From Octopus vulgaris (lineage: Eukaryota): a stretch of DNA of 64,000 nt. Positions 35,771-49,125 of this stretch are shown piece by piece. The stretch lies in NCBI GenBank assembly GCA_951406725.2, contig OX597831.1:55552001-55616000 (forward strand), read 5' to 3'. Each line of letters opens with the position of its first letter. Position 1 is the stretch's first letter. The notes below the pieces were generated by a model that was not told the origin of the DNA, ran no database searches, and saw nothing but the letters and a program-made list of their open reading frames with translations. The translations under genes were made by a program, and so were the position numbers.

Positions 35771-36264
35771 AATTAGGGTTCAGCTAACTGCTTTACCACA
35801 TACCGAAATTAGAAATAGGAGTTAAAAATTCCTTTTCTGCTACTATAAGAATCTCTATGACGGTAAACATACTTTTTTTACGAAGGCAAAGAGAAAAACA
35901 ATGAATCAACACGACGTTTCGAGAGTAAAGTAATTTGATTTTACTTCTCTCTTCAGTATGATATTTCCAATTTTTTATAAAATTTGAAAGGCTGAATATG
36001 CACACAATTGAGTGTCATCATGTAACAGATATCATCCAACCAACACTGTGCCTTGAATGCCATGGTTAAAAAATATAAATCCTCATGAAATTATATTTCA
36101 GAACCTTATTCCATCTGGTTACGGAGGCAATAGCTCTCTTTTCCTCAGTAGCATTTAGGATGAGTGATAGGTTGAAAGAGTCAGTTATAGTGGAAGGCTG
36201 TTCGAAGCTTGGGGTAAAAGGGTACATCCATCGTCTCTCCTCCCATCGTTCCTGGACAGTCCAA

Positions 36265-36857
36265 GGCAAAACTTTCGCTTGTCCCCACCCCAAAACCAAC
36301 CTTTTTAAAAACTTTTTTTCTCGACACAAATCTCTCCCCCCCCCCCTTTTCGACTACGGGGAATACAAATCTGCAAAAAAATTGGCAAAAATCGACATTT
36401 CTAAATTACCACCCCCACCCCTATTTCCTTCATTTTTAACTTCTTTTCAGAATTTTTTTTGGATTTTTTTTTCTCAAAATATGCGGAAAAATACGGAGAT
36501 TATAATTCTGAAAAATATTTCCAAAAGTCTTTCTAAAATTATTTTTAAAGAATTTTTTCTTTTCAAAATATGCGGAAAAATACGGACATCAGGATTCGGA
36601 TAAAAATTTCAAAACATTTCTGTACTTAGGGTTACGGTTTTACTGTTAGTGTTAGGGTTAGGGTTTTCGGGTTAGTGTTGCGGAAAAAAGTCAAAATTGA
36701 AGAAGTTGTTTGATGGGAAGGCGGTGGGGAATTTTCAAAATGCCGATTTTCGGAACCTCCGTATCTGAAAACGGGAATTTTTGGCAAAAAGAAAAAAATT
36801 CAAATAAACAAATTTGGGAGGAAATGGGGTGGGTGAGGTGCGGGCGGAAGTCTTTCC
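36265..36857. mobile_element. Degenerate GG-terminal MITE with internal TTAGGG-like repeats; TSD CAGTCCA(A/G)
   Basis: Imperfect TIRs; 7/8 TSD match; TTAGGG units at 36626-36675. Confidence 0.55.
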
Positions 36858-38410
36858 CAGTCCAGCTGCCTCCAAAATAAGGAGTATATTGAATTTATAT
36901 CAGAATGATGAGCAAAGCCACTCGCATTCAGTCAGCATGGTGATCCATGTAGAACCAGCATTCAAAGGAATTTTATACATCGTCAGCTCACTCTTCCACA
37001 TATAACCCCATTTGTTAGACTATAAGGATGATATAGAGCTCTTCCAGGTTAAGTAAACTACCAACGTTCGTCTCAGACATAGCAATAGCAAGCCCTCCGG
37101 GTTTCAATCAAGGAATACCATCGATATTCAATGCAAACAGTGCAGTAGTATCAATGGAGTTACTCCGCTCAACTCTCGAGGCAGAAAAAAAATTAACAGA
37201 TTAAGAAAATAGGAGATAAGTGGAGTCCCACTGTACTCGCTAAGCAGAGTGGTTGAACTGTCAAGCCTTCATGTCTGACTGAATTAAATGTGTTTTTAGG
37301 TAAACTTTGAGAACCACCCTAGAGCATCATGGTGTGGGCGACTGCTTCACACTCTAGTTCAGTACCAACCTTGAGTTAAACGGGTGAGAACTCCGAATAT
37401 ATGCTATAGGAAACCGATGACAATTTATTTTCGTTATAAAACATATCAAAGCATATCAAATTCGAACGAGTCGGAGATAGTCCTTAGGCTTTTAAAGAAT
37501 CAATAGGTTTGCGCAAAGATCGAGGGACATATGTAGGGGACGATACTCTTGGAAGAAAACGTGTTCACGAACTATGTGAGACACCAAAAGATAGAGGCCA
37601 ACCGACATTGGTTACTTTACGATGTTGTGGGCGAAGACCATAAATTCTTGGACCAGGGACTACTGGGAATGATGTAATAACGGTACAGGTTCAGGCCAGT
37701 CTAAGCAATCATCCAGATGAGCAGATGAATGATAGATCCGAAAAGAAATATACTTATGCATTATAACAAATTAATAAATAAAAAAGCAATTTAAAGATGA
37801 AAAATCGTAGAGTCCTCACTATAGATGACTTTTAATTCCGAACTAACAAGCAGAAGAGCACATAATCAATATTCAATATCTTATGAAAAACAGAAAAGAC
37901 TCCAGTCTGGGTCTTTCTGCTGGTTAGAAAAAGCGGCGAGGTGGTAAAAACGTTAGCACATTTGGCAAAATGTTTAGCGGCATTTCTTTTGACTCTACGT
38001 CTAAAGTTCAAATTATACTGAGGTCGACTTTGCTTCTCGTCCTACTGAAATCGATAAAATAAAAATCATTTGCGCACCGATCGTTGTAATCGACCATCCC
38101 ACTTCTCCCAAATTTCCAGGCTTTGTAGAAGGAAATAATAATACTTAGGGTGACAAGCGATACTGGAAAAAGTTTTAAGAATCCTCCTCCTCAATAGAAT
38201 AAAAAGTAAAACCAAAGAAACAACGGGAAATATCGGATATATCTAACACTTTCCCATGTATTGATAAGAGATATTGAGCGTAACTTCGGTATAGGTACCG
38301 GATACATTTCAAGAAAGTGGTTTTTTTAAATATATATATGGGGGGGGTTAGGGTTTGTGTTAGGGGTGGGAGAAAAAGGTTTCTGTTATCCTCAGAAATG
38401 TAAACAAAGC

Positions 38411-38560
38411 CACTTCCGGTACTTATACCGAAGGATCGCCGAGTCCTCGGTTTTTGACCGAAGGAACATTTACTCTTTCTGTGAATGTACACGATATCGG
38501 GTGGGAATTATCTCCCTTCCATAATTCAACATGGCGGCCTCGGTTAGTAAACACGTGTTT
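38411..38560 (+). promoter_or_regulatory. NOC3L core promoter motifs: ETS (CACTTCCGGT, 38411), YY1 overlapping the ATG (CAACATGGCGGC, 38527), E-box CACGTG (38552)
   Basis: Consensus matches clustered in a locally CpG-enriched patch at the predicted first exon. Confidence 0.55.
38531..38542 (+). CDS. NOC3L: NOC3L putative coding exon 1 (MAAS)
   Basis: AACATGG Kozak-like context in a CpG-richer patch; donor GTTAGT; phase 0 matches next exon; too short to confirm by homology. Confidence 0.65.
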
Positions 38561-39415
38561 TTCTCTTGAGTCGTTTTATTGAAACAAATTTTACCTTTTT
38601 ATATACTTGCATAGAATATCTCATTAATTTGCAATTTGATTAATTGCTGTTATCATAATGATGTTTATAAATGACTTTTTACGGAATGTCTCTAAGCATA
38701 TGGGAACCTAAATAGCATAATGTAACTTATTTATTGTGGTTACTAAGTTACTACGCAATGGAAGTGAGCACAAATTTGAAAATTGTTATTCAATTGTTAT
38801 ATATAATGAGAATTTTGTCGATCCAGATAATAATTCACACATTGAATATAGAATATTTTTGGAATCGCATGAAGAAAAATTTAAAGAATGTCTTATACTC
38901 GAGTGTTTCAGTCGTTTATGTTTCAAAATCTGTCGCGTAACGAAATGAAACGGCCACCAAGAACTTGCACTTTCCTTAATTTCTGTTCACAGTTATGCAT
39001 CAATACAACCTACGTTTTATGTTTCGATGCTTTTTTTTTTTACTTCTCGTTATAAAATTGGTTTTAAAATCAGTATACCTACACATTTGTGCCCTCCATC
39101 GATTTTGTTTTTTCAATGAAACTGTATATTGACCATGAAATTTTCTACAAATTTTCAGCAGAACCTGAATTCTTTACTCGAAGGTGGTGCTCCAGCATGA
39201 CTTCAGCTTCTGGCTGAAACCAGTAAAAGAGTCAATATGCATCAGATGGTCTAGATACCGATTATATCGGAATTTGTTGTGAAGAGGTTTTTCCGAGGGT
39301 GGGGAGTGCTTCGTAAAATTCTCTCGGGTTGGCTTTCCTATTAACTGGATATTTTTAATGGAATTTCTTATAAATACCTTTCGAATGGTGTATATTACAA
39401 TTATATATTGAAATT

Positions 39416-39757
39416 GGTTAATGTTTACAAGTACACCGGCACGAAAAAATCGACGTTTTTTCTTTCCTTTCTTTTTTTTTTTCAGCGGAATCCTGTTTTC
39501 GAATAAGCCAAAAACCACGTTTACAAAATTTTAAATTCCCTCCTCTCCACCTCAAATTTTAACTATTTTCGAATTTTTTTTTCCCAATCGGGATAGAGTG
39601 GTGAGGAGTGTGTGAATCAATTTTGGAGTTTCCTCAGAAAATTTGAAATTAATTATCCCCACCCCCCATATTCTCAATATCCATATTTTCCCACGTAGAT
39701 TGAAAAAAAAGATAAAATTCGATTTTTTTCGTGCCGGTGTACTTGTAAACATTAGCC
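39416..39757. mobile_element. MITE with GG termini and 8-bp TSD (TTGAAATT), Merlin-like
   Basis: ~38-bp TIR GGtTAATGTTTACAAGTACACCGGCACGAAAAAA; exact TSD at 39408-39415 and 39758-39765. Confidence 0.82.
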
Positions 39758-42120
39758 TTGAAATTTAATATGACAAAAAAAAAAAAAAAAAAAAATTTGG
39801 TAGGCTCGCACACATATATTCACATACGTCTAAAATGAAATTTGAAATCTTGAACGAAAATGTGATGTGTGTCAGTTAGAAAAGAAAGCCCACCAGTTTG
39901 TTTTAGTTTGTGTTTTTTTTTTTTTTCGTATTAAATTCCGATATAATTGTAATCAACACTCTGAAAAATATTTGTGTAGAAAATTTCATTAAAAAAAAAG
40001 ATACTTATTTTTCTGAAAGTTATGAGGAAACAAAACCGACTTTTGTGAATTTTCAGAAACTTTCCTCCCCACACTCAGAACATTTTTTCCCAACTATATA
40101 CTCAGAATTTCTAATATGTTTGTAAAAAAACAATTGCATTAAAAAATATCCATTTTTCGGGACATTATGAGGAAACAAAGTTTGTGGGGGTGGGGTGCAT
40201 ACTTGTATAGGTATGCCTTAAAATCATCAACTCATTACATTTTAAAATCTCTTAAAATAGAAGTTAACAATACTTGACTTTTGTTTCAGTATTTTACATA
40301 ACAGTTGTTTTTCTTTCCTTTTTGTGTTTTTAAACTTATACACTTCCTATTTCTCAGAAATATGCCAGGCTTCTCTCTACTATCCTGTTCTTTAAATTCA
40401 GCCAAATACTTTTCCTTTCAAAGAAAACTGAATTTTTGACAACTTTATACTACTATGATGGTCTTTCTTTCTCTTTTTCTGAATGTCAGTGGATAAATTC
40501 TTCAATCTTAAGTTAGCCCTGATTAAGAATTACATTTTTTCTTTTGACATAGTATATTATATATTGTGTTATGTTTTAAGATGGTAGCAGTTATAATTTA
40601 AAGGAGATATGGTTACTATTTCCTTAGTTGTCAAAGGCATTGGTTCAGTTTGCACTTTTTGGTTTAGTGGTCACTGCCAGGGGACTACAATGCCCTGGGA
40701 ATGATTCTTGCAATAGACAAGTATTCCTTTATCATGGGGAGAGGTTTATATATTAATTTAATGTCACAAGAGTAAAGCTATAATAGCCTTTATGTCTCTT
40801 CAGACTCAGGACAGGGGGATATACATGTCTCTTATACATTTTAATAAAAATGTTGATTTAGAGAGGTTTATTAAGTTCTTAATTTGATGTGGCTTTTTAG
40901 TCAGTTTGAGATTAGTGCTCTGACTACACAGTATGATCGGAAAACAATCTAGTAAATATTAGTTATATATTATATGTATAATTAACCAAATGGCAATGAC
41001 CAACCAATTCTGAAATGCATAGCAACAGAGAATGTAGCCATATCCAGCCCAAATATTCTTCTTGTTTTATGTTCAAACTGGTTAGATCTGGTCTCTCTCA
41101 CCTACTGTACAATGTCATTCCAAAAATATAAGAGCACATCATTGAAATCTCAAAGCTATGAGACAATGCATGATTAATTCGAACTAATGTGAATAAATAA
41201 CGTTTGACAGTTATCTGAATATTAAAGGGCTAAAACTGGATTATTATATCATTTAACAAGGGTTAATGTTTATATTGACTTCTGATTAGAACAGATATGC
41301 CTTTATAACTTATTGTGATAGGCAAAGTATGAATTCCTCTACATTTCACATTTTACCTGTGGTCCAGGTGTGAATGCCTAAACATCTCAGATATCAAATC
41401 AAATGTAAAAGAATCAGATGGATATACATTCATATTCATATTATGCATATAATATCCACAAGCTTATCTGTGCTGTCCAAAATGTTGGTAATTTCTATTT
41501 GTTTTCCTTGTTAAAAAAGAAAATTCCTTTCATTATATTCCTTTTAAGAACCACAATGTAGAAATGACTCGGTTAAGCTTGTTTTTGGAACATAAGGTTC
41601 TTACATAAAATTGAACTGTAAGGCTGGATGGTTTTTAAAAAGTGAGATATTTGTATTATGTAGTCCAAGGTAGGTTGATATCAAATATTAATTAACAAGG
41701 TATGTTGTTGAAGTATGCTTTCCTGCTCAGTACAACCCAACATCAGTCTAGGGTTGGAGGTGACTTGTGCATAAAGTGGTCCCTCCCTGGGACATGTCAC
41801 AAGCAAATTATTGTTGCAAAAATCAGTATAATGAAGAGGGTTTTGCTTAGTGTACCTTGCTAGTATGGCAAATATCTGTTGGAAGTTCACTTCACCTGCA
41901 AGACTAGCAGGTAATGCATAACTCTCTTTGTAAAGTATGTTGTTTTCTTATTAGTTCTTTTGGTAAAATAATGTAAACATTTCAAAAGTGCAAAACAATG
42001 TCTATATTCAGATTTTTATATCTTAACATTCAGAAATTGATTTTTCAAATGATGTTTCATACATTATAGTAACTGAAAAAAAGTATTTTTCTAATCAACA
42101 TTTTCTAACTAATTTTTCAG

Positions 42121-42377
42121 TCGAAAAAGAATATGAGAAAGAAGGGAAAAGGGAAAACAAGTAATGTAAAAATTGCAAATAAAAACCAAGCAAAATTGAA
42201 AAAGAAAGCTAAAATGAAAGAGAAAACTAAGCAACTACGTAAACAAGCTAAAGAACAGGTTCCAGAAGTTGAATCACAACCTGAGAGTGAAGTGGAGTGT
42301 GAAGATACTCTTGATGCTGAAGATCTTCAATATTATCAAGACAACTTGTCAAACATTTCATTCCTTAAAAATGAAAA
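42121..42377 (+). CDS. NOC3L: NOC3L exon 2 (Lys-rich N-terminus SKKNMRKKGK...SFLKNE)
   Basis: TTTTCAG acceptor; GTCAGT donor; phase 2 matches exon 3; basic then acidic nucleolar-type composition. Confidence 0.85.
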
Positions 42378-43446
42378 GTCAGTATAAATACTACACAGTA
42401 TATACCTTTTTCTTTTTATGTATGCTTGTGTAAAATACATTTTATTTTTCTTTGTTATGAAGGGTGGAATCAGCTTTTCACATCATGAGGTGCCACATAA
42501 AACGCTTTGATGTGGGTGCTGGTACCCTGTAATAAGCACTGGTGATAGTATCACTTTGTTTTTCATCCTTTCAAGGTCTTTGAAATATGTAGCAGTGGAG
42601 CATCAGAGTGATGTAATGAACTAACCTCCTACCCCAAAATTTCTGGCTTTGTGCCTTTAATAGAAAGTTATTGTATGCCTTGCCTATGGCAGTAGGTTCT
42701 ACCTAGGACAGATTTGCAGTATTAGGCTACAGTACTTTACATTCTGAGTTCAATTCCTTTGAGGTTGATTTAAACATACATCCTTCTTGTGTTGTAAAAT
42801 AAGTACCGATCAAGTATTGGTGTCAATTGAAATTATATGCCCTTCCCTAACATTTTATGGTCTTGTGTCACATTTAGAAGTCATTATGACCAGATGTACA
42901 GCACAATGATCTTTCTAAGTTTGAACTTATGAGCTCATTCTCAGTGATTCAGTACATATCCAGCCCAAATATTCTTGTTTTATGTTCACAAGAGTAAAGC
43001 TATAATAGCCTTTATGTCTCTTCAGAGTATATAAACTACAGTTATGTGTTAAAAAACACACATCAGGGCAATAAATAAAAAGGTTGACTAGACCAAAATA
43101 TTGCTTTTGGTATTGCAAGTTGCCAGTAACCGATAGCTTCTTAAATTGTTTATTGTAAGCTAAAGTATGTTCACTTAGGTAACATTATTTGTGTTGGAGA
43201 TTGACATTTTGGCATTGGCTTGCTATAATAGGTAAGATTTGTGTAAAGGATGTGCTCCTTATGAATAACAGTTTATTTGAAATAATCTCTTTGTAAGAAA
43301 TGTGATGCAGTAATGGTTGTTGGATGCATAGAATATGATATATAAAGTCGACAATTGTTAGAGTCAAATATAATGCAACATTCAGGTAATTAATGTTTGA
43401 TATAACTATGATTGTATAATACATACTGTGATTTTCTTTTATACAG

Positions 43447-43619
43447 GGGTATCAATAAGAAAGCAAAGAAACGAAAATGGCAAGAGGGAGATGAAAGTTC
43501 ATATGAGAAAGCTCCCCGAAATAGTTTTGCTGGCGATGAGAAAGTTTATAAACGTCTTTTGCCAGTCAAAATGAAGAATAAGATAATACCACAGTCTCGT
43601 GAAATCATTCCAAAATCTG
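43447..43619 (+). CDS. NOC3L: NOC3L exon 3 (GINKKAKKRK...YEKAPR...LLPVKMKNKIIPQSRE)
   Basis: YExxPR and LLPxK...IIPQ motifs as in NOC3 proteins; CAG/GTTTGT. Confidence 0.88.
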
Positions 43620-44549
43620 GTTTGTTTACAAGTTTAATCTACTTTTCTAATTGGGTTTGTTATGTTCCACTATATTTGGCTGTCATTCCCTAGCAAGATA
43701 GATCGTGACTGTCACAATCTTAAAATCAGATTTCTCAAATTCAGTTCTCTCTATTGATTTTATGCTAAGTTGCTTTATTTAAGCAGGCTTTATTAACAAT
43801 TTAGCCACATTAGCATGCAAACAGTATTGCTAACCAAACTGAGCTGAATCGTAGGCATTATAAAACATTGAATTGCATAGACAAGACAAAGAACATAATT
43901 TCATTATGAAATTAGTGTTTGATGTAATTGACTTACTTTCAGCTTAGGATCTGAATCATCCACATAAATACGAGAACCTGTTGTTGTATATAATTTTCTT
44001 GACAGAAAATCCATTTGGCATTGTTGGTTTCACATGACTTTAAAACAGGCATACAAATCAATGTAACAAATAGTGTTAAACATTCAAACATTGTCACTAT
44101 CTTTCCAAATCTTGCTACTTTTTACATGAAATTTTCAGTCCTCTAAAATTGTATTGCTGTATTTGTCAACTTATCTTTTTTTTACTGTAAGTTTTGGTCT
44201 GAAAAATTTGATTTATATGCTGGCAAATACAGTAGGTATGACAAAATGATGTGGCACATGATATTTTTATATCCCCAGGATTTAAACATCTTAGTTTCAT
44301 AATGTTCAAGCAGCGTTAGATTGTTGGATGTTGATATATAAACTGCAAATAAGTGGCACTAAAGATTTAAAAGTCTAGTGAAGAATATTTTTAGGTGTAA
44401 TTATTTTGATTTGTATTTAAATTGGTCGCTCAGGTTAATTTTATGTTTCTTGTTTGTTACTTCAAAATTTGCTTTTTTTCCCATTGAAGAACTTGTCTCA
44501 ATGCATTTGGAATTGATATGATATTTTCTATTTTATTTCGATTCTAAAG

Positions 44550-44746
44550 AAGAGGAAGATAAATCTGATTCTGAGAGTCAGAATGAAGAAGTAGATGATG
44601 AAGAATTTGCATTTAACCACCAAGATGATGATTTTACAAATCTTAGTGCTGCTGAACAGATGCTAGTAAAAGAAGAACATTTGACAAAAGCCAAACAAAA
44701 GATGGCCCTGTTTGCTCTTTCCATTATCGAAAATCCTAATGAACAT
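44550..44746 (+). CDS. NOC3L: NOC3L exon 4 (acidic stretch ...KQKMALFALSIIENPNEH)
   Basis: Open and phase-consistent; AAG/GTAATT; acceptor could shift by 3 nt (NAGNAG). Confidence 0.88.
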
Positions 44747-45218
44747 GTAATTCTTATTTTTATTTCTTTCTAATTGCATAACACTTTTGTTTGCTATACT
44801 CACCTTATATACCTATTGTCAAAGCACTTTTAAGAAATTAGACCGCACATACGTTGCATTTTGATAGTTCAATGATTTCAGTCATGTACAATTCTGTAAC
44901 TCACCATAACTAATGCTCCCTTCTGACACAATACATTTATCATTACTGCTATTTTACAACCTTCGTTTTTCATTGTTGACATAAATTAGACAATATTTAA
45001 GTTAGCGTTAATATATAGGATACAAGAAGCATTAAAAAGTTAACCAGAAAGTACTGGTTAAAAAGAACTCAAACCAAAATATTGGTCAGTGACTATCATA
45101 TAACATCTCTCCATGCAACCTAATTCTGTAACAGTTCATCTCTGAATTTTAATATTCTGATATTTAATCTACTTTCCTCCTATGCATTTGTTATAGTTAC
45201 CTGGTACCATTTGCTTAA

Positions 45219-45898
45219 CCCTTTTGGCCTGGCTGGTACATATTTGTACCAGTCAAAAATTTTACAACCAAAATCTTTAGAATTTCCATTCTATGTGATG
45301 CAGTATAGTACCGCTCTGATTTTAAGTGTTTATTATTGGTTCTCATGCTTTGATAAGTTGTTTATAACATTTTCTTCACTGTAAATGTATTTTCTTAATC
45401 ATAAACATATTGTGCAGAGTTTTTAAGCATTGGATAGTAATATTCTTGTAACAATGTTGCAATACATATTTCTAAAAGTAAATCATTTTGACTGGTACAC
45501 TCCTGTACCGTTGTGGTTTTGTATAGGCATACACTTGTATCATTGTAGTCTGTTGTATAGCTAAGATTGTATCAGTTGTGTTATAAAACTGTTCTATAGA
45601 GAAACTTTTTTTTGTTGTGAATCCATAATATTCGAAATTTTCATTTTTTTTTTTTCTGCAAGATTCACTGCAGTATTTTGATACAACTGATACATACATG
45701 GTACTTCATCGAAATACAATGGTACATGAATGGTAGATTAGAAAACCCAAATGATACAAATATGTACCAGACTAAAAATAGTGTCTACATAACTGGCACC
45801 ATTATAAACTGTCTAACAAGAATCTACACTTTATAGTTATACCAAAATTTTAGAGAAAATGCATGCAAATCTTGAGAAAAAATTCTGGGTTGAAAGAG
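45219..45898. mobile_element. Longer TTAA-flanked piggyBac-like non-autonomous element
   Basis: TTAA|CCCTTTT...GAAAGAG|TTAA; subterminal inverted TGGTACATATTTGTA motif. Confidence 0.55.
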
Positions 45899-46187
45899 TT
45901 AAGGCAGGTTCTTTATACATTTATATTATCAACTGTTTTCACATCTCACTTGTGGTCAGCTTTCCCTTATAAGTTTGAATTACACATCTAATGGATCATG
46001 TTAATTCCTTTCTGTCCAAAACTGCAGATCTTGTGTATTTGCTGCCCATGTTTCTATAAAATATACTTTCACATCAATCATCATATACTTTTCTGCATTT
46101 TATTGATTTTAAATAATATTGATGGTAGTTATGGAGATGCACTTGCATAGCAAGTGACCTGATCTGAGATCGTGTACTGAAACAAAA

Positions 46188-46375
46188 ACAGTTACAGTGT
46201 GGAAGGTATTTATAAGCTATTTCAAAACACACGAAAACCGTTTGATTCACTTCAACATTTAAATTTAATTTGTCAGAATATCTTTGTCACTTTGAAACAG
46301 CAACCTGTTCACTGACAAAATTCTGTGCTGTGTGTTTTTAAATGGCTTATAAACACCTTCCACGTTGCAATTGTT
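46188..46375. repeat. Short inverted-repeat element
   Basis: GTGGAAGGTaTTTATAAGCtATTT.AAAACACAC is inverted at 46330-46375. Confidence 0.7.
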
Positions 46376-46946
46376 ATTGGCAGTTAGATATTGTTAAAAC
46401 CAACTACAAAATAATTCTCAGTTTTTCCATAGAATAAGTAGACATTTCATGTTTATGTAAACACATTTAACTATATATAGGTTCTGACATTCAGATTAGC
46501 TCATTAAATTATCATTAAAATTGTTGGTAAATATTGTTAAGTGATCATTTTTAATATCACTGATAGGTATAGACTTACCTCTAAATCACAGCAAGCATGT
46601 TTTTGCTTGTATCTTTATTTAATAGAATCAGTTTTTTTAATCTTATGTTGAGGCATCAGTCCTCACTGAAGGGCCCTGTGCAGAACTTGTTTCTTGTGTG
46701 TTCTTCCTTAAAAATTGATTCTTGCACAGATTGCTGCTACTACAACTTTCTTTGATTTGGAGTGATAGTATGGATGTAAATTATACACACACACACACAC
46801 ACACACCACGCTAAACCTATTTAGACAGGTTTCTTCAACATAAAACCATGGAAGAAAATTCTGCTATTTCTACAGAATTGTTATAATCTTGTAAAATTCG
46901 AGTTAACTGGGACTCAGTTTCAGTTGTTGGCTTATATACATTTCAG

Positions 46947-47111
46947 ATATCCCGGCTGCGAGAATTACTGCTTATGTTACAAAACCCCACCTCCTCTGAC
47001 GTGGATGTTGCCATCAACAAACTTGGTATGATTACTCTCATGGAGATATTCAAAGATATCGTTCCTGGCTATAAGATACGGAAGTTAACTGAAAAAGAAC
47101 AGCAACAAAAG
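46947..47111 (+). CDS. NOC3L: NOC3L exon 5 (ISRLRELL...EIFKDIVPGYKIRKLTEKEQQQK)
   Basis: Diagnostic NOC3 FKDIxPxYxIRxLTExE motif; CAG/GTAAAT. Confidence 0.95.
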
Positions 47112-49125
47112 GTAAATGTTCTTTAAATATACTGTATATATTTTTGTAAATATAACATTAATATTTTATTATCACTCGTCACTGACGATTCTTTAATGTT
47201 CTATGTCAAGGGAAGTAAATCAGAGTGGACCATCGACCTATAGAAATATCGGTTTGTTATACAGGACTCTCATCAACATCATCTGATCAGGCAACATGCC
47301 TGAACCAATAAGATATATTGGCCTTTTGCTAGCTGAAATATCTCATCTGCACACACCACCGCTACAGATGATAGTAGTAGTTTGCTAACTGAACTTTTTG
47401 ACCTTGGCTGTTGACTGTTATCTGTTCATCTGCTCAGCATCTCGTGATACTGACTACTCAATAAATTCATCTTCTGAAATAATTCATATTCATCATTCTG
47501 CATTTCATGATTTCAGCATTTCCTGGCTCATGCCAGGTTACACGCTATTTAACTCGTAGCTGGGACCCTGACAAGTGCCACAATTCCAGGTTAGAGTAGA
47601 CCTAGGAAGAAGTGGGGCTAAGGGGTGGTTCCATATTCCTCAAAACCCTGGAACTCCAGAAGCAGGCCACTACCAGATGCATTGAATTAAATTGAATTGT
47701 ATCTTATTAAGATATATAATTACGGCTAAAGATACAAGCATATTGAGAGCTAAGCTTAGATGGAAGTTATTGTGGATTTCAAATGTCCTGTCAATTGTTT
47801 GTCATTTTATTAGTGTAATCAATTGCAACTTTCTTATTCCACTATATCCCTGTCATTTAAACGTCCATTTTCCCATATTTGCATGGGTCAGATGAGAGTA
47901 CATCGAGGCAGAGTTTCTACTAACAGCTTGGACAAGTTTTATGCAAAAAACTGGAAACTAAGGACACAGTATGAATGAGCCCTTTGTTGACAAAATTTGC
48001 TCCAACATGTCAAGAAGCCTGCTTTCATGGTGGACTGCAAGCTAATGACACTGTCAAGAAGCCATGTTTGTAAACCAGCAACAGTGAAGGAAATATAAAC
48101 TTATATACAATATGCTTCAGTTTCTGTCTACTAAATCTATTCACAAAGTAGTGGTCGCATGGAGCTATAGTAGAAGACACTTGCCCAAAGTGCTATGCAG
48201 TGAGACTGAACCTAAAACTAAGAAGTATGACATAATTTGACCTTTGACTTGTTTATAATTTAACTGATTTTTTTGAAAAATTATAAGTTAGGCAATTACT
48301 GATGTGTAGTACCCATTGTAGGATCTTATCGTTTCGTTTTTGTGTCTCCTTTTTTCTTATGCTGGTGTGGGTTGGATCTGAATTATTGATGTCACCCTTA
48401 CATGTTTTACATGTAAGATACTTTTATTCCATGTCTTCACACACTGAACTGTTGCTGGACATTTTGTGTATAGGAAACATAAACGTCATTGCTGAAGCGA
48501 TGTCACTGTGAAGACCCATAGATGCAAACACAAATGCATGTATACATATGCATGCACATGTGTGGGAAGCACTCCGTCGGTTACGACGATGAGGGTTCCG
48601 GTTGATCCGACCAACGGAACAGCCTGCTCGTGAAATTAACGTGTAAGTGGCTGAGTACTCCACAGACACGTGTACCCTTAACGTAGTTCTCGGGGATATT
48701 CAGCGTGACACAGAGAGTGACAAGGCTGGCCCTTTGAAATATAGGTACAACAGAAACAGGAAGAAAGAGTGAGAGAAAGTTGTGGTGAAAGAGTACAGCA
48801 GGGATCACCACCATCCCCTGCTGGAGCCTCGTGGAGCTTTAGGTGTTTTCGCTCAATAAACACTCACAACGCCCGGTCTGGGAATCGAAACCGCGATCCT
48901 ACGACCGCGAGTCCGCTGCCCTAACCACTGGGCCATTGCGCCTCCACACACACACACACAGAGGAAACAAGAACTAAAACTTGGTTGAAAACACTACCAG
49001 TTAGAAATGTATTTATTCCTACAATTCACACGTATAAATCCAAAAGTAATTGCTTTTCCTTAGCCATAATATTTGTTAATTTAGTTTTCTACACCGATGA
49101 CTAACTTCAAAGTTATTCATTTTAG

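Noticed and set aside
36085-36603. 172-aa ORF in the intergenic region
   Set aside because: It runs across a MITE boundary into low-complexity sequence, with no domain signal.
37300-37680. SIMVWA-like peptide suggesting a Tc1/maT transposase relic
   Set aside because: Only one short motif; no TIRs or continuous frame recovered.
28531-38531. Start codons exactly 10,000 nt apart
   Set aside because: Numerical coincidence; the gap is made of variable insertions.
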